A DNA stretch of 45,118 nt from Thermoproteota archaeon (GTDB taxonomy: Archaea; Korarchaeota; Korarchaeia; Korarchaeales; JAOZGB01). The stretch's first letter is position 1. Each line of letters starts with the position of its first letter. Positions 18,895 to 29,838 of this stretch are shown here, piece after piece. The position numbers and the translations under genes were made by a program. A model generated the notes under the pieces. That model did not search any database. It saw nothing but the letters and a program-made list of their open reading frames with translations, and was not told where the DNA came from. Location of the stretch: contig JAVCBU010000022.1 in assembly GCA_037917685.1 (NCBI GenBank), positions 1 through 45,118 on the forward strand. Reading direction: 5' to 3'.

Positions 18895-19620
18895 CTAGTT
18901 TTCTATATCTATAACGGGCCTTAAGGTCCATAGCTGAAGCCTTGCCCTAATCATTTCTATTCTAAAATCCGTGTTTCTAGGGAGACAGGGGCCAGGAATA
19001 GCTTATAGAGAGCTCTCTAGCAGAATCGGGCAATGTTGCCCTCCCAGTAAAGGATATGACCTTGGGAAGTTCTTCACCTCTTATGGCGCTTAAGACTACC
19101 TTTGCAGCTAAATACAACACATCCGATGGACCTAAAGTAAGAACACCCACTCTAACCTCGGAAGGTATTATTCCTCGCTCCTCTGTTTGTGTAACAGCCA
19201 GGAAAATATATCCTTAAGCTGAGAAGCACCTACGGTAAGATTCTTCCCCTTATTGGTATAATATTCTATAGGCCCCAGAATCAAACGATCTGATCCACTT
19301 ATCATTAGGGTAGCAGGTATCTCGCCGTTTTTAATAAATCCATAAGCGGCTCTTAGAAGGATTACGTACGCCTCGGCTAGAGAAAGAAAGCTTCCATCCT
19401 CTATCCGAAGGTATGGGGGAACATTCCCCGAGGAGACAAGTAGCTCTGCTATAAGCTTTAGGTCACGTATAGATAGCTCTTTTGCCAGATCATCTCCGAG
19501 AAGATCTAACAAGTCTTCAGAAGTTACTATACCTATGTTATTGATCCTAACTATATTTCCTATCACCTTCTAGGGACTATTTCGAAGATTATGCTATAGC
19601 AATGCCCCAAAATCAGTGGA
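18895..19620 (-). pseudogene. Frameshifted remnant (C-terminal part) of an uncharacterised protein
   Basis: ORF 19168-19566 (IEDGSFLSLAEAY...ILGP) stops, but protein-like sequence continues in other frames (GIIPSEVRVGVLTLGPSDVLYLAAKVV...IRARLQLWTLRPVIDIEN*, stop at 18895). Confidence 0.55.
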
Positions 19621-19858
19621 AGACTCTCAATGATTACATCTCTCACTAAGTATTAGTCTCGGAGTAGTTTTAGAAAAAAGACTCTGTTCTTTTTAGCTAC
19701 CTTATAAAATGAGATATATAGTTCTTGACTGGAAATATAATGAAAAATATCAAAGGAATATGACGATTAAGGTGAATATCGATTAAGGAATTGCCAAATT
19801 AAAAAGAAGAACTTACGGCTTGCTCTAAGAAATAAATCTAAGTTTCGAGATGCTTTAC

Positions 19859-21823
19859 CTAGAATGGCTTTATCCATGCTGATTTAGACATCAAAGTTAT
19901 CGAACCTATTATACCTGTTGTCACGCCGACCCCGCATGCTATTCCAGCTACTATCACCGTCTTGTAATTGATCCATATCTCCCGGCCAACATATTTCTCC
20001 ACTATTTTGCCCACTAATCCCCCGAGGAACATCGCCATAGGATATGGAACGACAGTGGTAGTGCCTGTCACTAGACCTACGAAGCTAAAAGGTAAGCTAA
20101 GGTACCTATTCAGGAGAATTCCTACTACACCGATTAGTAGCATCCCTACAAATGAATTCACTACAGCAGTTATATTAGCAGCTATTTCACGGGATATCCA
20201 AATGCTCTGAGAAATTATTTGGACAGGCCACGCAGCCATTGTGTAAGGATACTGAGACGAAGGTATAGGGGCTATGGACCAGAAGAAAGATACATAAACA
20301 AAGCTGAACACTTGGTAAAGTAGCACAGTTAAGGCATATGCTTTAAAGAAATCTATAGGCTTAGTCTCAGTCAAGTATGCAGTCTTTATACCCTCTACCC
20401 AGAGAGGCGCAGAAGTACCTCCGATATTAGGGCTAAAAAACCAAGCATCTACTTTAGGATAATCCGAGAATAATACTAAGATATTCCACATATAGGGTAC
20501 ATTTATGATAAGCCCTGTTTCGCCCCTAGCTCTAGTGCTAGCGATTGCCATAACAAAGCTAAGAGGTATAACTAAAGCCGCCACCCAGATAGGAAAGTCT
20601 GGTACAAGTAGCCCGAAAAAGATCAAAGAGCCTATAGCACCTGTTAAATATATGGCTAAAACCTTGCTAAGCGAGGGGAAGCCCGTCGCTGATGTAGCAG
20701 ATGAGAAGGTAAGCTTTGCGAGCGCTTTAAAGGCTGCCACGAACGACCTCCATCCTCTTACAATCGTTATAAAGGCTAAGGCAAATATAAAACCCACACT
20801 TGGAAAGACCCAAACCCTCAAGTATGATCGTTGCCAGACTAATGAAAGATTCATACCCCTCCGCCACTCGGCAACCCACTGAGGAAAAAAGTCCCTGAAA
20901 TATGTAAGAGAAAGCCAGTTACCGAAAGTCCATATGGCTAAAGAACCTATTAACATATAAGCCAGTGTATCCAGTGGAAGAAGGAGGCCTACAGCCCAAG
21001 AAAGTGGATCTGTAGCTATACCGAATAGCGCCCCAGGCATGAATTGCTCTATACCATAGAAGCCTGAGGTAAAGTCTACCCAAGGTATCGGGATTATTTG
21101 CATAGGCACGTTAAACATACCTAAGGTTAGTGTAGGAAGACCATATACAACTATCGAATACGCCCCTCCGGCGATAGCCGCCACGGTAAAGTACTTCATT
21201 CTCTTGACATCTCTCTCGCTAAGTGTGGTGATAAGTTGAGCATTAACTTGGGCTAGCGGAAATTGGAGAGGTTGGGCCTCGATAAATATTTGTGAACATA
21301 TAATAGCAAGACCCACCTCCTGGAGTATCCAGAAAAGACCTAACTGCATGTTTGCCACTATCATTGGAATAAACCAATCCCAGTGAAAGAAAGTTCTCAT
21401 GTATGCCGCATCAGAGTAGTACGGTGGAGCCCACCATGGTGGTATCAACTCAGGCAGAGGTTTGCCAGTATAAGGATCCTTGAAGGACCATGTTAAGAAG
21501 GAAGTAGCAAAGTATTGGCGGAAAACCATGCCGAGGTACACGGCTGAGCCTGCAGCGGCACCTGCAAGCACAAAGACTATAGTTATTTCCTGCTTCGTCA
21601 TCCGAACCCCTATGAATGTCGCCAGCTCAGTGAATAGGATGACCAGAATATATACAGCAGCACCTGAGATAGTAGCTCCTGAGACCAGAACAAGGTAGGT
21701 GTCTATAGGAAGGAATACAGCTGAAGCTATGATCAATGCCAAGGCACTTTTCCATGTGAAGCCTTGCTTGAACTCCATAGTATATCCTTTCGTTGACCCA
21801 TTCGTCGAGATCTCAAACTCCAT
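19859..21823 (-). CDS. OPT-superfamily (oligopeptide-transporter-like) membrane protein
   Basis: 654 aa, highly hydrophobic, with GFTWKS, MTKQE, LQFPLAQV and ARGETG; start overlaps the upstream M28-FtsX gene. Confidence 0.75.
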   Translation of the reverse strand: MEFEISTNGSTKGYTMEFKQGFTWKSALALIIASAVFLPIDTYLVLVSGATISGAAVYILVILFTELATFIGVRMTKQEITIVFVLAGAAAGSAVYLGMVFRQYFATSFLTWSFKDPYTGKPLPELIPPWWAPPYYSDAAYMRTFFHWDWFIPMIVANMQLGLFWILQEVGLAIICSQIFIEAQPLQFPLAQVNAQLITTLSERDVKRMKYFTVAAIAGGAYSIVVYGLPTLTLGMFNVPMQIIPIPWVDFTSGFYGIEQFMPGALFGIATDPLSWAVGLLLPLDTLAYMLIGSLAIWTFGNWLSLTYFRDFFPQWVAEWRRGMNLSLVWQRSYLRVWVFPSVGFIFALAFITIVRGWRSFVAAFKALAKLTFSSATSATGFPSLSKVLAIYLTGAIGSLIFFGLLVPDFPIWVAALVIPLSFVMAIASTRARGETGLIINVPYMWNILVLFSDYPKVDAWFFSPNIGGTSAPLWVEGIKTAYLTETKPIDFFKAYALTVLLYQVFSFVYVSFFWSIAPIPSSQYPYTMAAWPVQIISQSIWISREIAANITAVVNSFVGMLLIGVVGILLNRYLSLPFSFVGLVTGTTTVVPYPMAMFLGGLVGKIVEKYVGREIWINYKTVIVAGIACGVGVTTGIIGSITLMSKSAWIKPF

Positions 21824-24800
21824 GGTTCTTTACCCCCTCTTCTAAATATTTAGCCTTAACACTTGGACTTAAACTTCTCCACAGAAGTAGTTGCTTACGA
21901 ACAGCATCGACCACCCTATAGTTTGTCGAGAACCATATCTCCCTTACACCAGATAGGCGCTTGATGTGTACATTAAATGTCCAACGGCCACTTTCATCAG
22001 GCCTAGAGCTAATAGTAAATTCTTGTCTGACTCCGGCCTCGGCGGGCATTAATTGCATCACCACCTTGAGAGTTTTCTCCTTATGGAGGACTTCAATATC
22101 CTGTACGATAAATGGTTCTTCGCTCTCGACAGTCTTGGTACTAAAATATTCTTGCAGGTATCTAAATATGGCAATCACTTCTTCCTCTCTCTCTGCTGAG
22201 AATGGAAGTGGAATCTCCCATCTGTCTCTTCTAGGCTTGGTAGGAATCTTCCACTTCCGCTCTAAGGAAGGAGTTATCAATCTTGATGCCAAGTAAGACG
22301 GATATATAGATGCCAGAATAACACATAACATCGGGATCCCTATGCCAAGCACTGTGGAAAGAGAAGAAAAGTTGACCACATAGCTTTCGGGCAGGTAACC
22401 TATATCTACTAGCAATATATTTGTAACTATACCTGCAAGATATCCTATTATGCTCCCTATCACTGCATAAAGCATAGATTCAGAGATAAATATCAATGTT
22501 ATACCTTTTGGAGAGAGCCCTACTGCACTATATACTTCAATCTCCGTCACTCTTTCTTTAATCGAAGCTATAATAGTATTAAAGACTGTGAGACCAGCTA
22601 CTATAAGTGGTACTACTATGAAATTCCATCCCAGCATACTAAACCAGCCAACCGGACTTGGAACATAAACTCTCTCCCCATCCGAGACATATATTCTTAG
22701 GTCTCGAATAATTACAGCCAAAGTCTTCCCTATAGCCCTGAGACTCTCAGTATCCCCTATCAAGGTGACACTAGCCAAGTAACCCCCTTTATCTATAACA
22801 AAATTAAAGGGTACAACTATGACTTCATCCCATGATAATGGAATTACATTCATGGTCTGCTCTACTATAGGTCTTATCGATATAGCTTGAATATTGTCTG
22901 GGTTAGCAGGTGTAATTACATAGTTATCGAGATCCTTTAGCTCGTTCAGAACAGTGGAATCATAAATTCCTACCACTAAGAATTTGAAAGACAAAACTTC
23001 TATGATATCGCCTACGCTCACGCCTAGTCTGTCGGCCAAAGACTTAGATAACAGGCATACAGCGTAATCATATCTCTCAAACCATCTTCCTTGAACCAAA
23101 CTTTCTCTCACAAAATTTAGTTCCCGGTGGGATAAACCTAAGAAAGCTTTCACCCTATAAGTGCCCCTAGATCCAGAGACTTGAGCGAAGACACCTTCTC
23201 CGCCAACACTTGGGGGGTAGTACCAGGCACGAGGTATAATTGTGATATTTTCTTCTAAGTTAGCTATCATTTGTATGAGTTGGGGGCTTAATGCGTTGTC
23301 AGGAGTTAACTCAAGATCTTTTTTGACCAAGATGCCTTGATATAGTGGTGTGACGCCGCTGACGGGAGCCTCCTTCGCTTCTAATGTCGGTATTATTGAA
23401 GTCAGAGAAACCATGGAATATATTACTGTGACAATCGTAATTAAAACTAATAGAGATCTAACTGGGCGCTTCCTTAGATTTCTGGGTGCTTGGCTAAGGG
23501 CCATAGAAAATAGGGAGACTGTGGAAATCTTCTCTACAAAATGCATACCCATCAACCTCTCCTTAAATTCCTTCGACATGGTACGTACCCTGTCAGCGAA
23601 GAGAATTAGAGTAGCCAAAAACAATATAAATGCTGTTATGCTTAGGGGGCCAACCATAACATTTGCAGCTATCTTAGGAGCTGGGTGTACATTAATATAG
23701 ACTATGAAGGTCATCACGAATATGATAGTGGCTGTAAATATTACCTTGGGACCGCTACTTGAAAAAACTAATCTCTCAAAAAAGACAGAAAATAATATGG
23801 TTAAGAAAAATATGACCAAGCTTATGTTCACAGTATCATATATAAGATTCATGATCTCATCATATGCTCTTATGGAGTAACTCCATGCCAGTAAAGACAA
23901 TGAGTAGGCCTTATCGTATTCTCGCATAGCAAGGAACTTCTTTACTCTCATAAGGTAGCTCTTAGCTTTCTCTAAATATTCCCTTGCCACAGGATTTCTA
24001 ATGTAGAAACTCTCAAGGTTTGTATACCTGATTTCAGCTATGTTGAGGGTATCCAGAGCGAATCTGTAGGAGGTGAATATTATATGAAGCTCCTCGTTAG
24101 GGGAAGCCAGAAAACCTCTCCCTTCGGGGTAGGAGCTACTCGTGTTTGTCAGGAGACCCACTATTTTATAATTGGCTCCTGCCTTAAACACTACCATAGC
24201 TCTCGTGTTGGGGGGCACAAATATCATAGCGCAGTCCTCATAGCCAACTGCGAATTGACCCCACATAATATATTGGCTTATGTCCCTAGCATTGTATATG
24301 GTTAACAACCATGGCCTAGATGTCCACGCATGAAAACTTGCCTTATTCTGAAACCTTGGATCAAGGAACTCCCTCGGCCTATAAGACGATGCATCTACCA
24401 AGTCAAATATTACTATGCTTGATGACCTAAAAACTACGGTGGTTACGTTGTAGGGCTGCGAGTTTACTTGATAAGTAAATCTCACTTGCAATTGCCCATA
24501 TTGTCCATAGTCCGGGGCATAGTCTATCAGCCCTGTATCCTCATTAAGATGATAAGCCTCGAAATACCATTCATCCACTCTTCCATAGCCATGCCCATAA
24601 CCATAGCCGCTCACCCCATGGATCGTAAATTCTCCCTTCTTATTTGTTATAGTTATTATCCTGGAGAAAGGGTATGGTGTATAGTCCTCCCCCATTCGCA
24701 TCGCTACTACGAGAGCATCGGGCAGGGAGCTGTACCAACCCTTAGTTACGTTGTAGAACCAGACTTTGCCATTTACTGTCATGAAACCAGCTAAGTCGGC

Positions 24801-26351
24801 TGCAGCAGCTGTAAACAAGTAGCGAGCTGGAGCTACATCTGCGTAGTTCATCTCTATTTCCCTCTCATTGGCTAATCCATAGGCTATTGTCGCTATTACC
24901 TCTGCCTGCGACTTTAGGTTCTCTATATTCACTTTATCAAGCGTGTTGAAAGGATGGCCCCAATGGATCCTGAAGACTCCATCTGTCCTCACAGTGAAAG
25001 CGAGACCATGTGCTGTGGCCATTGGTTCGCTATCTATCATAAAGGGTATGGGTATAGAGGCCCACCAGCCATAGGTTCCTGAGATATGAAATCCGCTTCT
25101 AATATTGTACCTCCTCCCCATCTGAACCTCCAATCTCGGTAAATATTCTTTCAATATCTTGGGTTCAAGCCAGCGCGTCCACCTGATCATAGGGCCGCTT
25201 GAACCAAAGTCATACATATGACCCCTGTAGAGTAAAGCTAGGTTATTACCATCAGTAGAAATATCTATTCCCATAAACACCCACATTTTTTTCCTTCCAG
25301 ATTCAACCTCAGGGCTGAAGAAGTAGTGTTCTGTGAACTCCCGAGCACCTGCTAATGCCTGGTAATGTCCTGATAAAGCTACAAACCAGACAGTCCTTCT
25401 AGGTGGATTTTCGGAAAAGTATCTGGCGAGTTCCAATAAGAGAGAGACACTCGCAGCCTCATCAGCACCAGGCGCAAGAGAAGGAATAACAGACCACGTG
25501 TCATAATGAGCCATCACGACAATTATATCATCTGGGAATTCATAACCTCTCACTATACCAATTATATTTTCTGCCTTAACTATTTCATACTGCATATCCA
25601 CTTTTACGGATACTTCTATATTCCTATCAGCCAGCGCCCTTAACAGCTCGCCATCCTCATTAGAAACATAAAGCCTAGGAAAATGTATGGGAACCATGAT
25701 AAACTTACTCATAGCTTCAAAGTATGTCGTATCTGGAGGCTCTATAAATATGACAGCCTTAGCCCCAAGCTTAGCAGCATTAAGCCAGTTCTTTCCACTA
25801 TTAAAATCCATTAACACTATAGAATCCCTTACGACCTTGCCGTTAAAATCCTTGAGCTCTCCATCCTTCGCGTAGATGAGTTTTCCTGAAATCTCTTTGG
25901 GTGTCCTACAGGTTTGAATTAAATTTGGCCAGAGGCTGTATGCCTTGATGGTTTTTACAGTTCCTTCTTTCTCGTGTATAAATACTGTGGAACCTCTATC
26001 AATAGGACTGGCCAAGGTAAATGTCTGCACCGTTACGTTAAGCCCATAATTGTTCATTTTTTCCCTAATATAGTCCGCCGCAGCATAGCTACCGAGATAT
26101 CCAGTAACTCTTGACCCCAGAGCAGAAAGAGCGACCATATGCTGGAACACAGCCTCATAATTTATGGATTCTACTAGTCTTTTAAAGTCAAAGTCTTCCT
26201 GCGGATCTGTGCTAACTGGCATTATAGTTATATTAAGAGATGCAATTGCTAAAAGAAAAGTCATCAGCGGAACTTTCCAGGGAATATGGACCATGACCTC
26301 CCATCTCTGTGGGATATATATCCTATTGGCTATCCTCCTCATAAACTTCAT
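21813..26351 (-). CDS. Exported PA + M28-peptidase-like ectodomain fused to an FtsX/MacB-like permease (1512 aa)
   Basis: Signal-like N-terminus, SRVTGYLGS..AADYI, PA insert (AAKLGAKAVIFI), AHYD..PGADE, a TM bundle, RNLRKRPVRSLL, GRWF...VGDII...VVGI, and ERVTEIEVYSAVGLSP (FtsX motif). The start may be ATG 26294, after GGGAGGT. Confidence 0.85.
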   Translation of the reverse strand: MKFMRRIANRIYIPQRWEVMVHIPWKVPLMTFLLAIASLNITIMPVSTDPQEDFDFKRLVESINYEAVFQHMVALSALGSRVTGYLGSYAAADYIREKMNNYGLNVTVQTFTLASPIDRGSTVFIHEKEGTVKTIKAYSLWPNLIQTCRTPKEISGKLIYAKDGELKDFNGKVVRDSIVLMDFNSGKNWLNAAKLGAKAVIFIEPPDTTYFEAMSKFIMVPIHFPRLYVSNEDGELLRALADRNIEVSVKVDMQYEIVKAENIIGIVRGYEFPDDIIVVMAHYDTWSVIPSLAPGADEAASVSLLLELARYFSENPPRRTVWFVALSGHYQALAGAREFTEHYFFSPEVESGRKKMWVFMGIDISTDGNNLALLYRGHMYDFGSSGPMIRWTRWLEPKILKEYLPRLEVQMGRRYNIRSGFHISGTYGWWASIPIPFMIDSEPMATAHGLAFTVRTDGVFRIHWGHPFNTLDKVNIENLKSQAEVIATIAYGLANEREIEMNYADVAPARYLFTAAAADLAGFMTVNGKVWFYNVTKGWYSSLPDALVVAMRMGEDYTPYPFSRIITITNKKGEFTIHGVSGYGYGHGYGRVDEWYFEAYHLNEDTGLIDYAPDYGQYGQLQVRFTYQVNSQPYNVTTVVFRSSSIVIFDLVDASSYRPREFLDPRFQNKASFHAWTSRPWLLTIYNARDISQYIMWGQFAVGYEDCAMIFVPPNTRAMVVFKAGANYKIVGLLTNTSSSYPEGRGFLASPNEELHIIFTSYRFALDTLNIAEIRYTNLESFYIRNPVAREYLEKAKSYLMRVKKFLAMREYDKAYSLSLLAWSYSIRAYDEIMNLIYDTVNISLVIFFLTILFSVFFERLVFSSSGPKVIFTATIIFVMTFIVYINVHPAPKIAANVMVGPLSITAFILFLATLILFADRVRTMSKEFKERLMGMHFVEKISTVSLFSMALSQAPRNLRKRPVRSLLVLITIVTVIYSMVSLTSIIPTLEAKEAPVSGVTPLYQGILVKKDLELTPDNALSPQLIQMIANLEENITIIPRAWYYPPSVGGEGVFAQVSGSRGTYRVKAFLGLSHRELNFVRESLVQGRWFERYDYAVCLLSKSLADRLGVSVGDIIEVLSFKFLVVGIYDSTVLNELKDLDNYVITPANPDNIQAISIRPIVEQTMNVIPLSWDEVIVVPFNFVIDKGGYLASVTLIGDTESLRAIGKTLAVIIRDLRIYVSDGERVYVPSPVGWFSMLGWNFIVVPLIVAGLTVFNTIIASIKERVTEIEVYSAVGLSPKGITLIFISESMLYAVIGSIIGYLAGIVTNILLVDIGYLPESYVVNFSSLSTVLGIGIPMLCVILASIYPSYLASRLITPSLERKWKIPTKPRRDRWEIPLPFSAEREEEVIAIFRYLQEYFSTKTVESEEPFIVQDIEVLHKEKTLKVVMQLMPAEAGVRQEFTISSRPDESGRWTFNVHIKRLSGVREIWFSTNYRVVDAVRKQLLLWRSLSPSVKAKYLEEGVKNHGV

Positions 26352-26491
26352 GAATAATTCGTTTTCAAGCTGGCTATTAATTTTTTCGGCTTTCTTGCAA
26401 ATAATACTACCAACGAAGTATGTTTCCTCTCAAATCCTTGACGCTAACAACTCATCTGTGACTATATAACATAGGTAGCAATATTGTGTTT

Positions 26492-27658
26492 TCATATATG
26501 AAGATATCTAACCCTAGGGTATACACCAATCTTCTTTGGATATGTAACTAGAACTTTTATAGTCTCAAGCGTGCTCTCAACTATACCACCAGCCTCAGAC
26601 AATATATAGCCTCCGCCACATGCGCCTTCCCATAAGCATCTCTTTATCTCTTTTTTCACCTCTCTAGGAAGACCGCTTGCTATGGCATCATGATCAACAT
26701 TTCCTATCAGGCAGAGACGATCCCCCACTAAAGACTTAACATAGGCTAGATTCATCCCCGCTTTCTTGTCAATAGATTGATAACCATCAACACCAGCCTC
26801 GCACAGCATCTCAAGAAGCGGCGTTATATTACCGTCACTATGAACTATAAAGTATGCCCCTCTCCTCTTACAGATAGCCGAAATGTTCCTTAGCCAAGGC
26901 ATGATAAACTCCCTAAAATGCTTAGGAGATATCCATGGACCGCTACTATAACCATAATCTTCACATATCAAAACGCCATCCAGCCCGGTATCTAAGGCTA
27001 TTTTACAGGCGTCTACTGCCATCCTACCATACATACCTATTAGCTCGCGTACAACATAAGGCTTAGAATAAAACCAGGATAGAATCCTGGTAAGACCGTG
27101 CCTATCGCTGACTATGGGTCCCCAAATCCCTCCTATGTTCCCGAGCAGAAACATATCCTCATGATTCAGCTTTTTGAGTAACTTGATATTCTCCATCATA
27201 AGCTCGTCAACCTTAATTCCCCTATATTCCCTGGCAACCTCTCTTATCTTATCTTCACCCTGTAGTATCAGCGATGATCGGGGATCCGTATTCCAGAGAC
27301 TGTAGGACTCGTAGAGATAACGTTTGCCGTCTATAATCCAAATCCTATCACTTAGCCTTCTGATAGAGCTTGGGGGGCGAATGCTTGATAGAGGTACTCG
27401 AATAATGTCTAAACCTAACCTAGAATTCAGCAGATAGAGATCTTCTATAAATCTCCTATTTATTCTCTTTATTTTGGCGGGAGTTGGATCTTTCAATCTT
27501 AACCAGGTTTTTAACATTGGCAAAGGATCGAAACATAGTGGCTCTCTGCCCAGTATCTTTTTCATGACAGTATGAGGACCGAGATGAAATATGAAAATAG
27601 GCACACGATCTGGCTCCTCTAAGTTGAGAGCTAAGATCACTCTTTCCCTTGGATGCAT
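26492..27658 (-). CDS. URO-D fold protein, function unknown
   Basis: MHPRERV...EPDRVP, CEDYG..GPWISP, HSDGN, LIGNVD, GGYIL. Confidence 0.85.
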   Translation of the reverse strand: MHPRERVILALNLEEPDRVPIFIFHLGPHTVMKKILGREPLCFDPLPMLKTWLRLKDPTPAKIKRINRRFIEDLYLLNSRLGLDIIRVPLSSIRPPSSIRRLSDRIWIIDGKRYLYESYSLWNTDPRSSLILQGEDKIREVAREYRGIKVDELMMENIKLLKKLNHEDMFLLGNIGGIWGPIVSDRHGLTRILSWFYSKPYVVRELIGMYGRMAVDACKIALDTGLDGVLICEDYGYSSGPWISPKHFREFIMPWLRNISAICKRRGAYFIVHSDGNITPLLEMLCEAGVDGYQSIDKKAGMNLAYVKSLVGDRLCLIGNVDHDAIASGLPREVKKEIKRCLWEGACGGGYILSEAGGIVESTLETIKVLVTYPKKIGVYPRVRYLHI

Positions 27659-27685
27659 ATTTCACCAACATTAGAATGAATATCA

Positions 27686-27717
27686 TTGATAATAAAATAT
27701 TTTGATAATAAAATATT
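27686..27717. repeat. Perfect 16-bp tandem direct repeat (TTGATAATAAAATATT x2) in a divergent promoter region
   Basis: Copies at 27686-27701 and 27702-27717, inside the AT-rich gap 27659-27803. Confidence 0.75.
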
Positions 27718-27803
27718 ATTGAGTATTTACTTTGCATACGGTAAAAAATTTAAGACTCAATAGCAATATATATAAAGTAAAGAAGTTATAAAACGGTGGA
27801 AAA

Positions 27804-29828
27804 ATGACTGCACAGAGAGAGAGCGAAATTAGACCTTCAGGCTTAAAGCCTTGGATAATAGCAACAGCGTTGCTATTCCCTCCGATAAGTTTCTTTACAA
27901 ATCAGCTAATGATAACCATGGGAACCTGGTGGATTTGGCCCGCCTTGCTCCCATTTCCCGTGACATTTTATATATTGTTATTTTATGGCCTCTCCAAGGT
28001 CTCTACAAGATTTAAGCTTTCCCCACAAGAACTTGCATGCTTCCTCACGATAACTTGGCTAATCGCTGGCACAACATATACACAGAACAATGTACCATAC
28101 TGGACGATATGTCCTTTACCCACATATAACTTTGCCCGCTATATCCATGGGCTATATAACGATCCATATAAGGATGCCTTCTGGGAGAATGTGCCTCCTT
28201 ACATGGCTCCAAAGAACATGGAGGCATTGAAGGCTTTCTTTGAGGGAGGTATATATGATCCCGGTGTGTGGGCTACACCTATATTGTTCTGGATACTGTT
28301 TTCTATAGTGCTTTACTGTGGCAGTTATATAATGCTATATACTTTAAGAAAACCTATGATAGAGATGGAGAGACTACCCTTCCCCACAGTTCTGCCTTCC
28401 GCGTATGTTTTCTTATGGTATGCAGAGGAGGAAAAAGGTAAACCAAAAATATTTAACTTTAGACTTCCGCTGACTAAGTTTTTCTGGATCGGGCTTCTGA
28501 TAGGCATTTCAATATACGTGCCGAACGCCATATCGGCTCTAACTCCTATAACTTTCCCAACATATCTTAATGTTATTCCTTGCGACCTCGTCCCCTACAC
28601 CATGAGCTTCCTGCCCGGAGCAGAGATGAATTCTTATTATCCGTTGGCTGATGCTATAGCTTGGTCACTAATACCTTTAGATGTCCTCGCTACGGCAGTA
28701 CTCTATTGGGTTGTGTTTGGTATAATTTACCCGGTTATTGGTGTCAAAGCAGGGATCTTGCCTTATGTTCCCGGAGAATCGGAGTACGGGCAGTATGCAT
28801 GGAGCGTTGGGCCTTTTAAGCGAGGCTGGTTCGGCTTTTTCGGGGTAGTTTTCGGACTTGGTGTATGGTGTCTCTGGTATTATAGGGAAAGCTTCGTCAC
28901 TGTGTTTAAGTCTGGGCTATTTCCCAATAAGTACCCTACTTTGCCTAAGGAAGATGATGGTGTGTCCTTTAGGCTCGTAGCCTGGGGAACCATAGCGTTC
29001 CTAGTAGCACTGACCATGTTTTTTATGCTTGCGGGAGTCTCTTTGTTAATGTCTATAGTAGGTGTTTTGTTATGGATTATAGTAGCAGTAGGATGGGTCA
29101 GAGTATCCGCTTATGGCTTTAATTCCTATGCACCTAACTTCCACAATAATCTGAGGCTCTATTTCGACATTGGAACTCTAATGGGTCAGTGGGGGCCTCG
29201 CCCAGATCCTAAAGCCTTTAACGCTATGTTTATGTGGGCGAATACGGGTAGTGGGAGCAGAATGGCTTCCTATAATGTGCATGGACAGTTTGGGTCTTAT
29301 AAGATAGGAAATCTCTTAAATACTAGTGGAAAGGACATTCTGATAGTCTCTATACTGACTATGCTCTCGACAGCTATAACTGTTCAGTCCCTATGGCCTT
29401 GGTGGTATACACGCTTCGGAGGTTACAATAAGCTAGGTACAGTCGAATACCACGTCTGGGATATAGGAGGAGTATGGAGCCTTACGCACGGAACCCCACC
29501 TACAGATCTTACTGCTCCTGAAACACTAGCGTATGCAGTCGGAGGAACAATATTTGTTTTTGTCACTTACTTCCTGCGGCTGAGATATCCCTGGTTCTTT
29601 ATAAACCCTGTAGGCCTCCAACTAGGAGCACCAGCTTGGTGGGCAATACCTTTGACAGCACTCGTGATAAAAGCCCTAACCTTAAAACTCGGCGGCACTA
29701 AAGCTTGGGAGAATTATGTCATGCCATTTGCCATAGGAGTAGCTTTAGGCAATGGAGTAATATACATAATATCTGCCTTCATAGCGCTTCCGTCTAGGGT
29801 ATTGCCAACCCTGATGGCCCGACTTTAA
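27804..29828 (+). CDS. OPT-superfamily membrane protein (DUF6785-like)
   Basis: 674 aa polytopic protein with LSPQEL, ERLPFP, IPLDVL and LRLRYPWFFINPVG...IK...LKLGG...PFAIG, motifs I associate with DUF6785/DUF6784. Confidence 0.7.
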   Translation: MTAQRESEIRPSGLKPWIIATALLFPPISFFTNQLMITMGTWWIWPALLPFPVTFYILLFYGLSKVSTRFKLSPQELACFLTITWLIAGTTYTQNNVPYWTICPLPTYNFARYIHGLYNDPYKDAFWENVPPYMAPKNMEALKAFFEGGIYDPGVWATPILFWILFSIVLYCGSYIMLYTLRKPMIEMERLPFPTVLPSAYVFLWYAEEEKGKPKIFNFRLPLTKFFWIGLLIGISIYVPNAISALTPITFPTYLNVIPCDLVPYTMSFLPGAEMNSYYPLADAIAWSLIPLDVLATAVLYWVVFGIIYPVIGVKAGILPYVPGESEYGQYAWSVGPFKRGWFGFFGVVFGLGVWCLWYYRESFVTVFKSGLFPNKYPTLPKEDDGVSFRLVAWGTIAFLVALTMFFMLAGVSLLMSIVGVLLWIIVAVGWVRVSAYGFNSYAPNFHNNLRLYFDIGTLMGQWGPRPDPKAFNAMFMWANTGSGSRMASYNVHGQFGSYKIGNLLNTSGKDILIVSILTMLSTAITVQSLWPWWYTRFGGYNKLGTVEYHVWDIGGVWSLTHGTPPTDLTAPETLAYAVGGTIFVFVTYFLRLRYPWFFINPVGLQLGAPAWWAIPLTALVIKALTLKLGGTKAWENYVMPFAIGVALGNGVIYIISAFIALPSRVLPTLMARL

Positions 29829-29838
29829 CTCTTATTTT

